In this document: positions 28,212-38,671 of the stretch, one piece after another
Numbering within the stretch: the stretch's first letter is position 1
How the letters are laid out: each line of letters begins with the position of its first letter
Assembly (NCBI GenBank): GCA_023382385.1
Contig: JAHDVH010000002.1
Location: 4,957 to 68,956, forward strand
Direction of reading: 5' to 3'
Source: a bacterium
GTDB taxonomy: Bacteria; Electryoneota; RPQS01
Length of the DNA: 64,000 bases
Program-made: the position numbers and the translations under genes
The notes under the pieces: model-generated
The model's input: only the letters and a program-made list of their open reading frames with translations
Told to the model about the DNA's origin: nothing
The model's database searches: none

Positions 28212-30926
28212 ATGGCAGATTTGTCATTTTTGGTGAATGCGGATCCAGGGGTACTGGATGACATCTACGAGAAATATCGCCACGATCCGGACACTCTTGA
28301 TCTGGGTTGGCGGCGCTTCTTCGAAGGGTTCGACTTTGCGCGCACCCTGAACGGGGCCATTGCGCAACAAAGCCCAGAGGAGTTTGAAAAAGAGTTCAAG
28401 GTCATCAACCTGATCGCGGCTTATCGACAGCGCGGGCATTTGTTCACGAAGACGAATCCCGTACGCAAGCGTCGCGACTACGATGGCAAACTGACACTCG
28501 AAAACTTCGAACTGACAGAGAAGGATCTCGACAGGACGTTTCAGGCAGGAACACGAGTAGGTCTTGGACCGACCACACTTCGCGAGATCATCAAGCTCCT
28601 CGACGAGACGTATTGCCATTCCGTCGGTGTGGAATGGATTTTCATGCGCGACCCGAAGGTCTTGCAGTGGTTGCAGGATCGGATGGAGAGCAATCGAAAT
28701 CGGCGGCACTTCACGTTGGAAGCCAAGCGGCACACTCTGAACATGCTGACGAAAGCGGTTCTGCTGGAGAAGTTCCTGCATCAGCGGTTCGTCGGTCAGA
28801 AGCGGTTTTCGCTTGAAGGCCTTGAGACTTTTGTCCCTGCAATGGATGCAATCGTTGAACGCGGCGCACTGCTCGGCATTCGAGAGTTTGTGATCGGTAT
28901 GGCACATCGCGGACGGCTGAACATCCTGTCAAACGTGCTCGGCAAGGACTACCGGCACATCTTCAATGAGTTTGAGGGCAAGCAGTACACAGATGCAGCC
29001 TTCTCCGGCGATGTGAAGTATCACCTCGGACATTCCTCCGACTTGCACACCAACGCTGGAATGCCGGTGCACGTCACAGTGATGCCAAATCCATCGCACT
29101 TGGAGGCAATCAATCCCGTCGTCGCCGGAGTATGTAGAGCGAAGTCGGATACCCGGCACAACGGTGATCACCAGAAGGTGTTACCGATATTCGTGCACGG
29201 CGATTCAGCAATCGCAGGACAAGGAATTGTCTATGAGCTGCTGCAAATGTCGCAGGTGGACGCATATAAGAACGGCGGCAGTCTACATATCGTGCTGAAT
29301 AATCAAGTCGGCTTCACGACCAATTATATCGAGGCGCGTTCGAGCACGTATTGCACAGACGTTGGCAAGACCACGCTCTCACCGGTGTTTCACGTGAACG
29401 GGGACGACGTGGAAGCCGTGATTTACACGGTCGAATTGGCGCTCGAGTTCCGACAGGAATTTCAGCGCGACGTGTTCATCGACATTCTCGGATATCGCAA
29501 GCATGGCCATAATGAGGGCGATGAGCCGCGCTTCACGCAGCCCGTGCTCTATAAGGCGATTGCCGCTCACCCGGATCCGATGCAGATCTATGCGCAGAAG
29601 CTTGCCGACGAAGGGTCGATTTCAACCGAAGAATCCAAGCAGATAGAGAAAGACTTTCGTGCACGTCTCGAATCGGATTTCAAGACATCCAAAGACGTCT
29701 TTGAAACGATGGCCCCGAGTTTCTTGAAGGAACGCTGGGAAGGCTATCGTTTTGCAAAAGATGAAGACTTCAGGCATTCCCCTGAAACAGGCATCGACCC
29801 TAAAGATCTCAAGCGCATAGCTCTTGCGATTACCAAACTGCCGGAGGGCATGAAGTTCTTCAGTAAGCTTGAGCGCATCTTCGCCGATCGCCGCAAGATG
29901 ATTACCGAAGGACGGTTCGACTGGGCGATGGGTGAACTGCTGGCGTACGCAACGCTCGCCGAAGAGGGATTTCGCGTCCGGCTGTCCGGCCAGGATTCGA
30001 AACGCGGGACGTTTTCGCATCGTCACTCGATGCTGCGGTTGGAAGATTCTGATGAAGAGTATTACCCCCTTCAGCACATCAGTTCGAAACAAGCTCCCGT
30101 TGAGATTTATAATTCAATCCTGAGCGAATACGGCTGCATGGGCTTTGAATACGGTTATGCCATGGCGACCCCGAAAGCGCTCGTGCTTTGGGAAGCTCAG
30201 TTCGGAGACTTTGCAAACGGCGCTCAGATCATCATTGATCAGTTTATCGCAGGTGCAGAGCAGAAGTGGCGGAGGGCGAATGGACTTGTCCTGCTATTGC
30301 CTCACGGCTCCGAGGGTCAGGGACCGGAGCACTCGTCGTGTCGCGTAGAACGATTTCTGGAAATGTGTGCGGGCACAAACATGCAGGTCGTCGCGGGGAC
30401 GTCTCCCGCAAATATGTTCCACGTGTTACGGCGGCAGATGCACCGTCCACTACGAATCCCCTTGATTGTTCTGACTCCGAAGAGTCCTTTGCGGCACCCT
30501 CTTTGTGTAAGCCCCATCGACGATTTCGCGACCGGCACGCGGTACCAAGAGATTATAGATGACACATGGGCAACACCAAGCAAAGTAAAACGCGTGGTCC
30601 TATGCATGGGCAAGTTCTACTTTGATCTGATAAAAAAGCAGCGCGATGGGAATCGGAAAGACGTTGCCTTAGTGCGACTGGAGCAGATTTTTCCCCTTCC
30701 GACCACGCAGTTGGAGACGTTGATCGCACGGTATCCAAAGGCAGAGTTCGTTTGGGCGCAGGAGGAACCTGAAAACCAAGGTTGCTGGCCGTACCTTCTG
30801 CGCAAGTTTGATTTAACAAAGCTTCGAGTAATATCACGACCAGAGTTCTGCACGCCGTCGGTGGGCTTCCCTGACTTGCACGAGAAGGAACTCGCGGCAC
30901 TCGTGGACAAGGTTTTTGAGCTGTAA
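28212..30926 (+). CDS. sucA: 2-oxoglutarate dehydrogenase E1
   Basis: KRFSLEG, GMAHRGRLN, GDVKYHLG, NPSHLE, HGDSAIAGQG, WEAQFGDF and QEEPENQG. Confidence 0.97.
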   Translation: MADLSFLVNADPGVLDDIYEKYRHDPDTLDLGWRRFFEGFDFARTLNGAIAQQSPEEFEKEFKVINLIAAYRQRGHLFTKTNPVRKRRDYDGKLTLENFELTEKDLDRTFQAGTRVGLGPTTLREIIKLLDETYCHSVGVEWIFMRDPKVLQWLQDRMESNRNRRHFTLEAKRHTLNMLTKAVLLEKFLHQRFVGQKRFSLEGLETFVPAMDAIVERGALLGIREFVIGMAHRGRLNILSNVLGKDYRHIFNEFEGKQYTDAAFSGDVKYHLGHSSDLHTNAGMPVHVTVMPNPSHLEAINPVVAGVCRAKSDTRHNGDHQKVLPIFVHGDSAIAGQGIVYELLQMSQVDAYKNGGSLHIVLNNQVGFTTNYIEARSSTYCTDVGKTTLSPVFHVNGDDVEAVIYTVELALEFRQEFQRDVFIDILGYRKHGHNEGDEPRFTQPVLYKAIAAHPDPMQIYAQKLADEGSISTEESKQIEKDFRARLESDFKTSKDVFETMAPSFLKERWEGYRFAKDEDFRHSPETGIDPKDLKRIALAITKLPEGMKFFSKLERIFADRRKMITEGRFDWAMGELLAYATLAEEGFRVRLSGQDSKRGTFSHRHSMLRLEDSDEEYYPLQHISSKQAPVEIYNSILSEYGCMGFEYGYAMATPKALVLWEAQFGDFANGAQIIIDQFIAGAEQKWRRANGLVLLLPHGSEGQGPEHSSCRVERFLEMCAGTNMQVVAGTSPANMFHVLRRQMHRPLRIPLIVLTPKSPLRHPLCVSPIDDFATGTRYQEIIDDTWATPSKVKRVVLCMGKFYFDLIKKQRDGNRKDVALVRLEQIFPLPTTQLETLIARYPKAEFVWAQEEPENQGCWPYLLRKFDLTKLRVISRPEFCTPSVGFPDLHEKELAALVDKVFEL

Positions 30927-30975
30927 TACACCGACAAGATCGGATAATCTTGCGTGAGAACCAGAATAGAACAAA

Positions 30976-32271
30976 ATGCTTGACGTAAAAGTCCCCAGTC
31001 CCGGCGAATCAGTAAATGAAGTCACCCTTTCACAGTGGCTCAAGGCCGATGGTGCTTTCATTGAAATGAATGATGAATTGTTTGAGATCGAGTCCGAGAA
31101 GGCGACGCTTTCTGTATCGGCTGAAAGCAGCGGCGTACTGAAGATTATTGTACCGGAAGGAACAACGGTACAGGTTGGAACAGTTGCCGCGAAAATCGAC
31201 GATTCAGCCAAAGCGGGTGATGCACCGGCAAAGGCAGAGTCTAAGCCTTTGCAGACTGCGCAACTCTCTGTCACTCCACCTTCGGCGCCAAGCTCCAAAA
31301 CTGCTGCCATCGCATCTCCCGCCGCAGAAAAGATCTTACGCGAGGCAGGCGTATCGCCTGCGGACGTCTCAAACGGAAGCGGCCGCGGCGGAAGGTTGAC
31401 GAAAGAGGATGCTCTGCGCGCCGTGACAACTGGTTCGGCAACCCCAGCGCCTGTGACAAATGCACCAGCCACAATAAGTATTCCGGTTGCCGGTGTTCCT
31501 GCCGCTGCTCCTCAGAAAGCGCCTGCTTCACACTTGCCGCCTCAGGCACCCAAGATTCAGTTCGCCGGTGATCGACTCGAACGTCGCGAAAAGATGACCA
31601 ACCTGCGCCAAAAGGTTGCAGAGCGCTTAGTCTCCGTCAGGCAAACGACCGCGATGCTCACGACCTTCAATGAGATTGACATGTCTCACTTGATGCAGGT
31701 GCGCAAGGAATACAAGGACAAATTCCAAGAAGCTTACGGTGTCAAGCTTGGTTTTATGTCGTTCTTTACGAAAGCCGTGACCGAAGCGCTACGCTATTTC
31801 CCTGCGATTAACGCGTTCATCGAAAAAGATGAAATCGTTTATCATGATTTTGTCGACATTGGTGTCGCCGTTCAGGCGCCAAAGGGATTGGTCGTTCCGG
31901 TCGTGCGGAATGCGGAGAGTCTGTCACTCTGGCAGATTGAGGCCGAAATCGAACGCCTTGCCTCACGTGCGCGAAACAACCAGTTGACGATAGACGAGAT
32001 GACCGGTGGAACGTTTACGATCTCAAACGGTGGAGTCTTCGGATCGCTGATGTCCACGCCGATTTTGAATCCACCTCAAAGCGCAATACTTGGTATGCAC
32101 AAGATAGAAGAGCGGCCCATCGCATTGAACGGTCAGATCGTGATTCGACCCATGATGTATGTTGCGATGAGTTATGATCATCGGATCATTGACGGACGCG
32201 AATCTGTGGGCTTTCTGGTTCGCGTGAAAGAGTATCTCGAGAATCCCGTGCGCCTGCTTTTGCAAGTGTAA
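30976..32271 (+). CDS. sucB: Dihydrolipoamide succinyltransferase E2
   Basis: Lipoyl domain (ESEKA), [18 protein letters not shown] and SYDHRIIDG. Confidence 0.96.
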   Translation: MLDVKVPSPGESVNEVTLSQWLKADGAFIEMNDELFEIESEKATLSVSAESSGVLKIIVPEGTTVQVGTVAAKIDDSAKAGDAPAKAESKPLQTAQLSVTPPSAPSSKTAAIASPAAEKILREAGVSPADVSNGSGRGGRLTKEDALRAVTTGSATPAPVTNAPATISIPVAGVPAAAPQKAPASHLPPQAPKIQFAGDRLERREKMTNLRQKVAERLVSVRQTTAMLTTFNEIDMSHLMQVRKEYKDKFQEAYGVKLGFMSFFTKAVTEALRYFPAINAFIEKDEIVYHDFVDIGVAVQAPKGLVVPVVRNAESLSLWQIEAEIERLASRARNNQLTIDEMTGGTFTISNGGVFGSLMSTPILNPPQSAILGMHKIEERPIALNGQIVIRPMMYVAMSYDHRIIDGRESVGFLVRVKEYLENPVRLLLQV

Positions 32272-32298
32272 GGTGCGCAACTTAATCCAAACCTCATT

Positions 32299-33699
32299 AT
32301 GAAATACGATCTTGCAGTCATCGGGTCAGGACCCGGCGGCTACGTAGCAGCAATTCGCGCAGCACAGCTCAACATGAAAGTTGCCGTCATCGAGCGTTAC
32401 CCAACACTTGGCGGCACCTGCCTGAACGTGGGATGCATTCCATCGAAAGCATTGCTCGATTCATCAGAGCTTTATCACACTGCGGAGAAGCACTTTTCAA
32501 CTCACGGAATCGGTGTGGGTTCATTGAAGCTTGATTGGGATACTATGCGTGCCCGCAAGGATAAAGTCGTGGAAGACAATGTCAAGGGTGTCGCATACCT
32601 GATGAAGAAGAACAAGATTGACGTCATAACTGGACATGCCACGCTGGTCGGCATGGGCACGATAAGTGTTGCTGCGGCGGATGGCAAGCATTCCGAGGTT
32701 TCCTTCACGAACGTTATCTTGGCAACCGGCTCGAAGCCCGCCGATCTGCCCTTTGCGAAGATTGACAAGGAGCGCATAATCAGTTCCACTGAAGCACTCG
32801 CGCTGAAATCGGTGCCGAAGGAATTGGTCATCATCGGCGCGGGTGTAATCGGATGCGAGATGGGCTCCGTGTTTGCGCGTCTTGGGACAAAGGTGAGAAT
32901 TGTCGAGTTCTTGAACTCCGCAATCCCGACCATGGACGGCACAATGGGCAAGGAGTTGGGCAAGTCGCTGAAGAATCTTGGTATTGAGCTTTACCTCGGT
33001 CACAAGGTGAAATCGGTTGAAACCAAGGGCAAGAAGGTGAAAGTGGTCGCTGAGTCCGTGAGCGGCGAGGACGTTGAATTGCCGGGTGATTACTGTCTGA
33101 TGGCCGTAGGACGCAGGCCCTTCACGGAAAAGCTCGGGCTTGAGAGCGTAAAGATTTCGACTGACAATCGGGGATTCATAAAGGTCAACGAGCAGCTTGA
33201 GACTGCTTATCCGGGCATCTATGCAATCGGCGATGTTATTGGCGGCGCGATGCTTGCACACAAGGCGGAAGAGGAAGGCGTATTTGTGGCGGAACGACTG
33301 GCCGGTCAGAAGCCGCATATTAATTACAGGGCAATTCCGTGGGTAGTCTACACATGGCCGGAAGTCGCGGGCGTGGGTTTCACAGAGGAAGAATTGAAGC
33401 AATCGGGGCGTGAGTACAAAGTAGGCAGTTTCTCCTATCGGGCCTTAGGACGCGCTCGGGCTGCCAATGAAACCGAGGGCGTCGTGAAAGTGCTCGCCGA
33501 CAAGAAGAATGATGAGATACTTGGCGTGCACATGTTTGGTGCACGGGCAGCTGATATGATAGCCGAGGCGGTTGTTGCAATTGAGTTCCGCGCAAGTGCG
33601 GAAGATATTGCACGCATGTCCCACGCGCATCCCACGTTCACAGAGGCAATGCGTGAGGCATGTCTGGCCGCAACAGAGAACCGCTCGATCCACTCGTAA
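32299..33699 (+). CDS. lpdA: Dihydrolipoamide dehydrogenase E3
   Basis: GSGPGGYVAA, GGTCLNVGCIPSK, LAHKAEEEG and HAHPT. Confidence 0.97.
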   Translation: MKYDLAVIGSGPGGYVAAIRAAQLNMKVAVIERYPTLGGTCLNVGCIPSKALLDSSELYHTAEKHFSTHGIGVGSLKLDWDTMRARKDKVVEDNVKGVAYLMKKNKIDVITGHATLVGMGTISVAAADGKHSEVSFTNVILATGSKPADLPFAKIDKERIISSTEALALKSVPKELVIIGAGVIGCEMGSVFARLGTKVRIVEFLNSAIPTMDGTMGKELGKSLKNLGIELYLGHKVKSVETKGKKVKVVAESVSGEDVELPGDYCLMAVGRRPFTEKLGLESVKISTDNRGFIKVNEQLETAYPGIYAIGDVIGGAMLAHKAEEEGVFVAERLAGQKPHINYRAIPWVVYTWPEVAGVGFTEEELKQSGREYKVGSFSYRALGRARAANETEGVVKVLADKKNDEILGVHMFGARAADMIAEAVVAIEFRASAEDIARMSHAHPTFTEAMREACLAATENRSIHS

Positions 33700-33768
33700 G
33701 CTAATACGATAAGTGAGGATCCGCAGAAATAGACTGCCAAACGGAAGCAACTACTCCACAGAGGATTA

Positions 33769-34599
33769 ATGGGATTTGTCCGCTTAGAGGAATTCAGGGA
33801 GCGACCGGAACGTGAGATCAGGAAGGTCGTCTGTGTGATGCCGGCATACAACGCCGAACTCACGATTGAGAAGACACTTCGCTCGATTCCGGATGGCACT
33901 GTGAACGAATACATTCTTGTGGATGACTGTTCGAAAGATCGCACCGTTGAAGTAGCGAAGTCGCTCGGAATTACGGTTATCAAACACGAGCGAAACAAGG
34001 GTTACGGGGGAAATCAGAAAACCTGTTACGATGCGGCACTGGAAACGGGAGCGGACGTAGTGGTGATGATTCACCCGGACTATCAGTACGACGGAAGAAT
34101 CACTCCTGCCGTAGTCAGTCTCCTGAAGACAGGAACCGTAGATATAATTCTTGGTTCGCGCATTCGTTCTCGTCACGAGACGCTCGAGGGAGGCATGCCG
34201 AAATACAAGTACTTTTCGAACCGCGCCTTGACGATCTTTGAGAATGTGATGCTCGGACAGAATGCAGGAGATTTGCACACGGGATTTCGCGCCTACGCGC
34301 GTGAAGTTCTGGAAACCATCAATTATCACGCGAATTCCGATGATTTTGTGTTTGATTCGGAGTTTCTCGCGCAATCAGTGTATCATAAATTTCGGATTGG
34401 CGATGTGCCCATACCGACACGGTACTTTGACGAGGCCTCTTCCATCAACTTTCGTCGCAGCCTGCGGTATGGATTGGAGACCGTCAAAGTAATGTTTCAG
34501 TATAAACTTGCTCGGTGGGGAATGCTAAGTTCGCCCCTCTTCGAGAAGTCAGAAAGAGTATTTAATACGCCCCGCTCTGCTGTTTCGGGCAGCGCGTAG
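33769..34599 (+). CDS. GT2 glycosyltransferase (polyprenol-phosphate glycosyltransferase-like)
   Basis: [31 protein letters not shown] and HTGFRAY. Confidence 0.92.
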   Translation: MGFVRLEEFRERPEREIRKVVCVMPAYNAELTIEKTLRSIPDGTVNEYILVDDCSKDRTVEVAKSLGITVIKHERNKGYGGNQKTCYDAALETGADVVVMIHPDYQYDGRITPAVVSLLKTGTVDIILGSRIRSRHETLEGGMPKYKYFSNRALTIFENVMLGQNAGDLHTGFRAYAREVLETINYHANSDDFVFDSEFLAQSVYHKFRIGDVPIPTRYFDEASSINFRRSLRYGLETVKVMFQYKLARWGMLSSPLFEKSERVFNTPRSAVSGSA

Positions 34600-36128
34600 T
34601 GATTCAAATGCGCGCTGCGAATGTTGTGAAGGTTATGTATTTCGCGGCGTTTCTGGTTGCGCTGCTCTACGCAATTGTTCCGCGCTGGGGCGAGCAATCG
34701 GACATTTGGGAGACGGCGGCTGCAATTCAAGCGATTTCCGATTCACCATTTCAACCGCGGAATCCGCTCCTTGACTTGCCCGGGAATACTTCGCCTCGCT
34801 TCACCCCATACACGGTTGTCGCCGGAATTTCTGATCGGCTATTTGACCTGAAATTGTTCACAACAGTCGGTATATGGGGATTGATAAGTCTGGGATTATT
34901 TATCAGCGGATTGGCTCGCGTTGTGCGCACTCTGACCGATGACCGTCACGCGATGTTGTGGGTGCTTCCGGTGATGCTTCTGGGTTGGGGACATGGATAT
35001 GGTGAGGCAAACGCCTATCAAGCTGAACACTTCTTCCTGACTCTGCCGTATGTGGGTGCAATCACATACGGCATTTGTTTTCACGGACTGGCGGAATTGA
35101 ATCGCTTTCTCACGACCGGTTCGAAGCTCGGATTGATCGGATATACTCTGCTTGCCTGCCTCGCTTTCCTGACTCACCCGGTAACTGCACTGTTACTCTT
35201 TGTGGCCGCGTTCGCGTGGGCGATAGTTCGAAAAGGGCTCGCAGTCACCGCTCTGCTCCAGATTGTGCCCGTTCTCGCACTTGGTATCGCATTGCTCTGG
35301 CCTTACTTTGATTACGCAGACGCTTTATTCAAGGGTTCGACTGAGCAATGGTACAAGGTGAGATTGTTCGCTGATCAGTTCACCAAAGTCGGTCCGGCAC
35401 TACTGGGGCTTCCCGTTGCGTTCTACTTCGGTTTGCGTAAACGGCATCTTGAACTGGTGATTGCGCTTGGATGCTCCTGTGCGATCTATCTGCTAAGTTG
35501 GTTATTGGGGATTCAAATCGGCAGCCGCTTCATCTTTTACGGAGCGATTTTCTCGCATCTCTGCATTGCCCTGTTCTTTCTGGAGAGTGGGCTTTTTCGT
35601 CGTGGGTTTTTGCGCTTGCCAATCGTACGGACTGGAACCGTTATCGCACTATTAGTGGCCGTGATAGGTGTCGGAACGTATTATCGAGCGCGCAAGCTTG
35701 AGATGCAGTGGACGCCCGTGATACGTCATTACGAGGCGACTCAAGGAGACATATTGGAGCCGTGGGAAGACCTCCGCGATTTTCAAAGCTACTTGAACTC
35801 ATCTCACGTTGTAATGGTGGATGACACCTCTGGTTGGCGCATTCCAGCCGTAACAGGCGCTCGGCTGGTTGCCCAGGCAAAAGGGAATCCCCTGTTAATT
35901 GACGAGGTCAATCAACGCCGCATGGACGTTTCCCGTTTTTTCTATGAGTCAACGGATACAGAAGCACGTCAAGAACTTCTCCATAAGTATCACTGCACTC
36001 ACATTTTAGTTGACAATCGCTTGGCTCAGAAACTCGATCATGCTTTGAAAAGTGACTTAGAGGAGTTCGCGGACTTCGCCATCGCCAGACCTCCTTTTCA
36101 ACTTTACCGCGTGAAGAGACTTGACTAA
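34599..36128 (+). CDS. Polytopic membrane protein, possible GT-C glycosyltransferase
   Basis: About 11-12 TM segments, acidic first loop (SDIWE) and soluble C-terminal domain. Translationally coupled to the GT2 gene. Confidence 0.55.
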   Translation: MIQMRAANVVKVMYFAAFLVALLYAIVPRWGEQSDIWETAAAIQAISDSPFQPRNPLLDLPGNTSPRFTPYTVVAGISDRLFDLKLFTTVGIWGLISLGLFISGLARVVRTLTDDRHAMLWVLPVMLLGWGHGYGEANAYQAEHFFLTLPYVGAITYGICFHGLAELNRFLTTGSKLGLIGYTLLACLAFLTHPVTALLLFVAAFAWAIVRKGLAVTALLQIVPVLALGIALLWPYFDYADALFKGSTEQWYKVRLFADQFTKVGPALLGLPVAFYFGLRKRHLELVIALGCSCAIYLLSWLLGIQIGSRFIFYGAIFSHLCIALFFLESGLFRRGFLRLPIVRTGTVIALLVAVIGVGTYYRARKLEMQWTPVIRHYEATQGDILEPWEDLRDFQSYLNSSHVVMVDDTSGWRIPAVTGARLVAQAKGNPLLIDEVNQRRMDVSRFFYESTDTEARQELLHKYHCTHILVDNRLAQKLDHALKSDLEEFADFAIARPPFQLYRVKRLD

Positions 36129-36175
36129 GGTTACTCACAGACTTGCGATGAGGAATGCTCCAATCGCGGAAGGCA

Positions 36176-38626
36176 ATGATGTGGCATAAACTCTTACTAT
36201 TCGGGTTAATGTTGCCGTCCATCGTCTGGGCTGATGCGACGTTAGCTGAGCGTGCGGAACAGATCCGCCTTCAGAAGTCTGATCGTCTGCAAGAACTTTC
36301 GCTCAATGGTGATTCCGAATTGGAAAGCTGGATGGAGAGCTTAAGAACGTACCAATTCTCTTCATTTCGCGAACAATTGCCACGAATTCTCCAGTCCGGC
36401 GCGGACAAGCCGATCTGCGAACCACTGATTGCCTGGTATCTTCTCACCGAGGATTTGGCGACTCTCGAACAGTGGGCGTCAGTTAGTTCGTGTCCTTCAG
36501 TTGCCGAAGGAGAACTTGCTCTTTCCGTGCTTGACCTGACTCGCGCAGACAGTCTGTTTCGTCTTGCACTTGAGGACAGCACACTTGCAAATTTGCGATT
36601 AGCCAAGATCGGCTTGTCGAAGGTGCTGCAGAAGCAACAAAAGTATCAAGAAGCTCTTGACATTCTGCTGACTGCCTGGAACAATGAACAGCTATCCGAC
36701 GAAGTCATCTTCCAAGCCGCGCTTTGCAAGCAGCGGTTGGGCGAGACAAGCGAGTCTATGGACCTATTGGAGGAAGTCCTGCGCTGGAACGAGTTTCACG
36801 AACTGGGACACTACTATCTCGGAAACGGCTATGCGCGCAAGAAATATTCGGAACTTGAGTCATCAAGTGAATACCTGAAATGTGACGGCACCGCTCCGTG
36901 CGCTCGCGACTTTGTTGTTGACGGTTCCGCTGAATGGATGCTTGGCGAATATGAAGCGGCACTCGAACACTTCAAGGAAGCTCTGCGGCTGGTTCCTGAT
37001 TATGGGCGCGCTCACAACGGGGTTGCGAAGTGTTTGGAGCAGCTCCGGCTGCGCGAAAACATCTATCGAGATGCGGATCAAGCCGCTTTCGACGCGAAAC
37101 CCATTCCCGCGATTCCCTTAATCGATCAGTACGTCTTGAACTGGGAGTCATTGTCGGAGCGCCACAAAAAGCAGGTGGCTATCTCGGTCGAACCTTGGAG
37201 AGATTATATCCCTGTGCTAGTGGCGACGGGTAGTCATCATTACATAAAGCCGTTGCACGAGAAGTTGTCGGAGTGTCCGGGACTCGAGACTATCGCCGAC
37301 CAGCGCATTAGTTATGATTCACGATTGTGGGATGACGTGCGCGGTTGCGGAGGTTATACGACCGTTACGGGAGTCGAGGATGTCGAGCGCTCGATATACA
37401 ACAGATACAACACTGTGCTTCATGAGTTAACGCATCAGGTGCACGGCGTGTTTCCGCCGGAAGATGTCCAGAGAATCGAGGAACTCTACCGCGAGTCGAG
37501 TGCCAGAGATGCCGCAGGCGAGGAAGTGTTTGTCAGCCGCTACCAAGGGTCAAGTGTGTGGGAGTACTTTGCAGAAGGGATGAATTCCTACTTCTCGCCG
37601 CGTAGGAATAAGTTCGACACTCGGGAAATCACAAAAGAGCGTCTGTTCAAACTGGACCATAAGTTGGTTCAATTGCTCGAGTTCTACATGACCGCTCCAA
37701 ATGTCGAGGATTGCTACCCTGTGGGATACGTAAATGCCGCGCAGAATGAAGTCGAACAGGGTAATCTGGATTCGGCAATGGAATACGCGAGACAAGCGGA
37801 AGCACGAGCACGCGACTCAGAGGTCGTTCTGCGGGCACTGGCACAGATTTCCTCGTACAAAGCCGATAACAGTGCGTCTGTCACCTTCGCACGCAAGTCC
37901 GTTGAATTGTATCCCGACAAAGCAGCATCCCACGCTCAGTTAGCCTGGTCGCTACTGTTCCAGAATGGTAGTTTTCAATCCGCGCTTGACGTCCTTACCC
38001 AAGGATTATCCGTAACTTCCGGTTCGGAGCGGACCCAGTTGTTGCGCGATGTGGCAGGAATGCAATTGGCCTCTGGCTTTTTTGACGAAGCTGTCGTAAA
38101 TTACAAAAATGTGTTGGCCAAGCAAAGCACAGACGATGCTGCATTGCGTGGCTACGCCGAAGCGCTCTTCTGGGATGGGCAGCTTCAGGCTGCGGATTCT
38201 GTATACCGTGTAGCAATCAAGCGGCGTAGCGGCGTAGCCGGACTAAGACTTGAATATGCACGCTTGCTGCTGTTCAGCGGAAGAACAGATGAGGCGCGAG
38301 ATCAGATTAACGAGGCCGACCTACTCAAGCCAAACGATGGGCGTGTCATCATCCACCGGGCATGGCTCGAACATGAAACAGACAGTTCCACCGCTCGACC
38401 TCTGGTGCTTGCCGCATTAAGACAATACCCGGACGATGCATTAGTTCAGGCGATTTCTGCGAACCTGCTTGGAGAACAGACCAGACAGGCCTTAATTTCT
38501 GAAACGAAGAGTGCTGTGCCTGTTTGGGTATACAACCCATCCGAAAGTGCTTATGAAGCGAGGCATTATTGGGACGCTCCCTCGCTGAAGATACTACATA
38601 ACGGACTTTCCAAGTCCTCCCAATAG
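36176..38626 (+). CDS. Secreted TPR protein with central zincin (ATLF/PPEP-like) metalloprotease domain
   Basis: Signal peptide ending VWA. TPR-like repeats on both sides. WDDVRGCGG, VLHELTHQVH and EYFAEG. Confidence 0.75.
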   Translation: MMWHKLLLFGLMLPSIVWADATLAERAEQIRLQKSDRLQELSLNGDSELESWMESLRTYQFSSFREQLPRILQSGADKPICEPLIAWYLLTEDLATLEQWASVSSCPSVAEGELALSVLDLTRADSLFRLALEDSTLANLRLAKIGLSKVLQKQQKYQEALDILLTAWNNEQLSDEVIFQAALCKQRLGETSESMDLLEEVLRWNEFHELGHYYLGNGYARKKYSELESSSEYLKCDGTAPCARDFVVDGSAEWMLGEYEAALEHFKEALRLVPDYGRAHNGVAKCLEQLRLRENIYRDADQAAFDAKPIPAIPLIDQYVLNWESLSERHKKQVAISVEPWRDYIPVLVATGSHHYIKPLHEKLSECPGLETIADQRISYDSRLWDDVRGCGGYTTVTGVEDVERSIYNRYNTVLHELTHQVHGVFPPEDVQRIEELYRESSARDAAGEEVFVSRYQGSSVWEYFAEGMNSYFSPRRNKFDTREITKERLFKLDHKLVQLLEFYMTAPNVEDCYPVGYVNAAQNEVEQGNLDSAMEYARQAEARARDSEVVLRALAQISSYKADNSASVTFARKSVELYPDKAASHAQLAWSLLFQNGSFQSALDVLTQGLSVTSGSERTQLLRDVAGMQLASGFFDEAVVNYKNVLAKQSTDDAALRGYAEALFWDGQLQAADSVYRVAIKRRSGVAGLRLEYARLLLFSGRTDEARDQINEADLLKPNDGRVIIHRAWLEHETDSSTARPLVLAALRQYPDDALVQAISANLLGEQTRQALISETKSAVPVWVYNPSESAYEARHYWDAPSLKILHNGLSKSSQ

Positions 38627-38671
38627 AATTGGGCTGATTGCTGTGACCGACAACGGAACAGGAGATAGACT

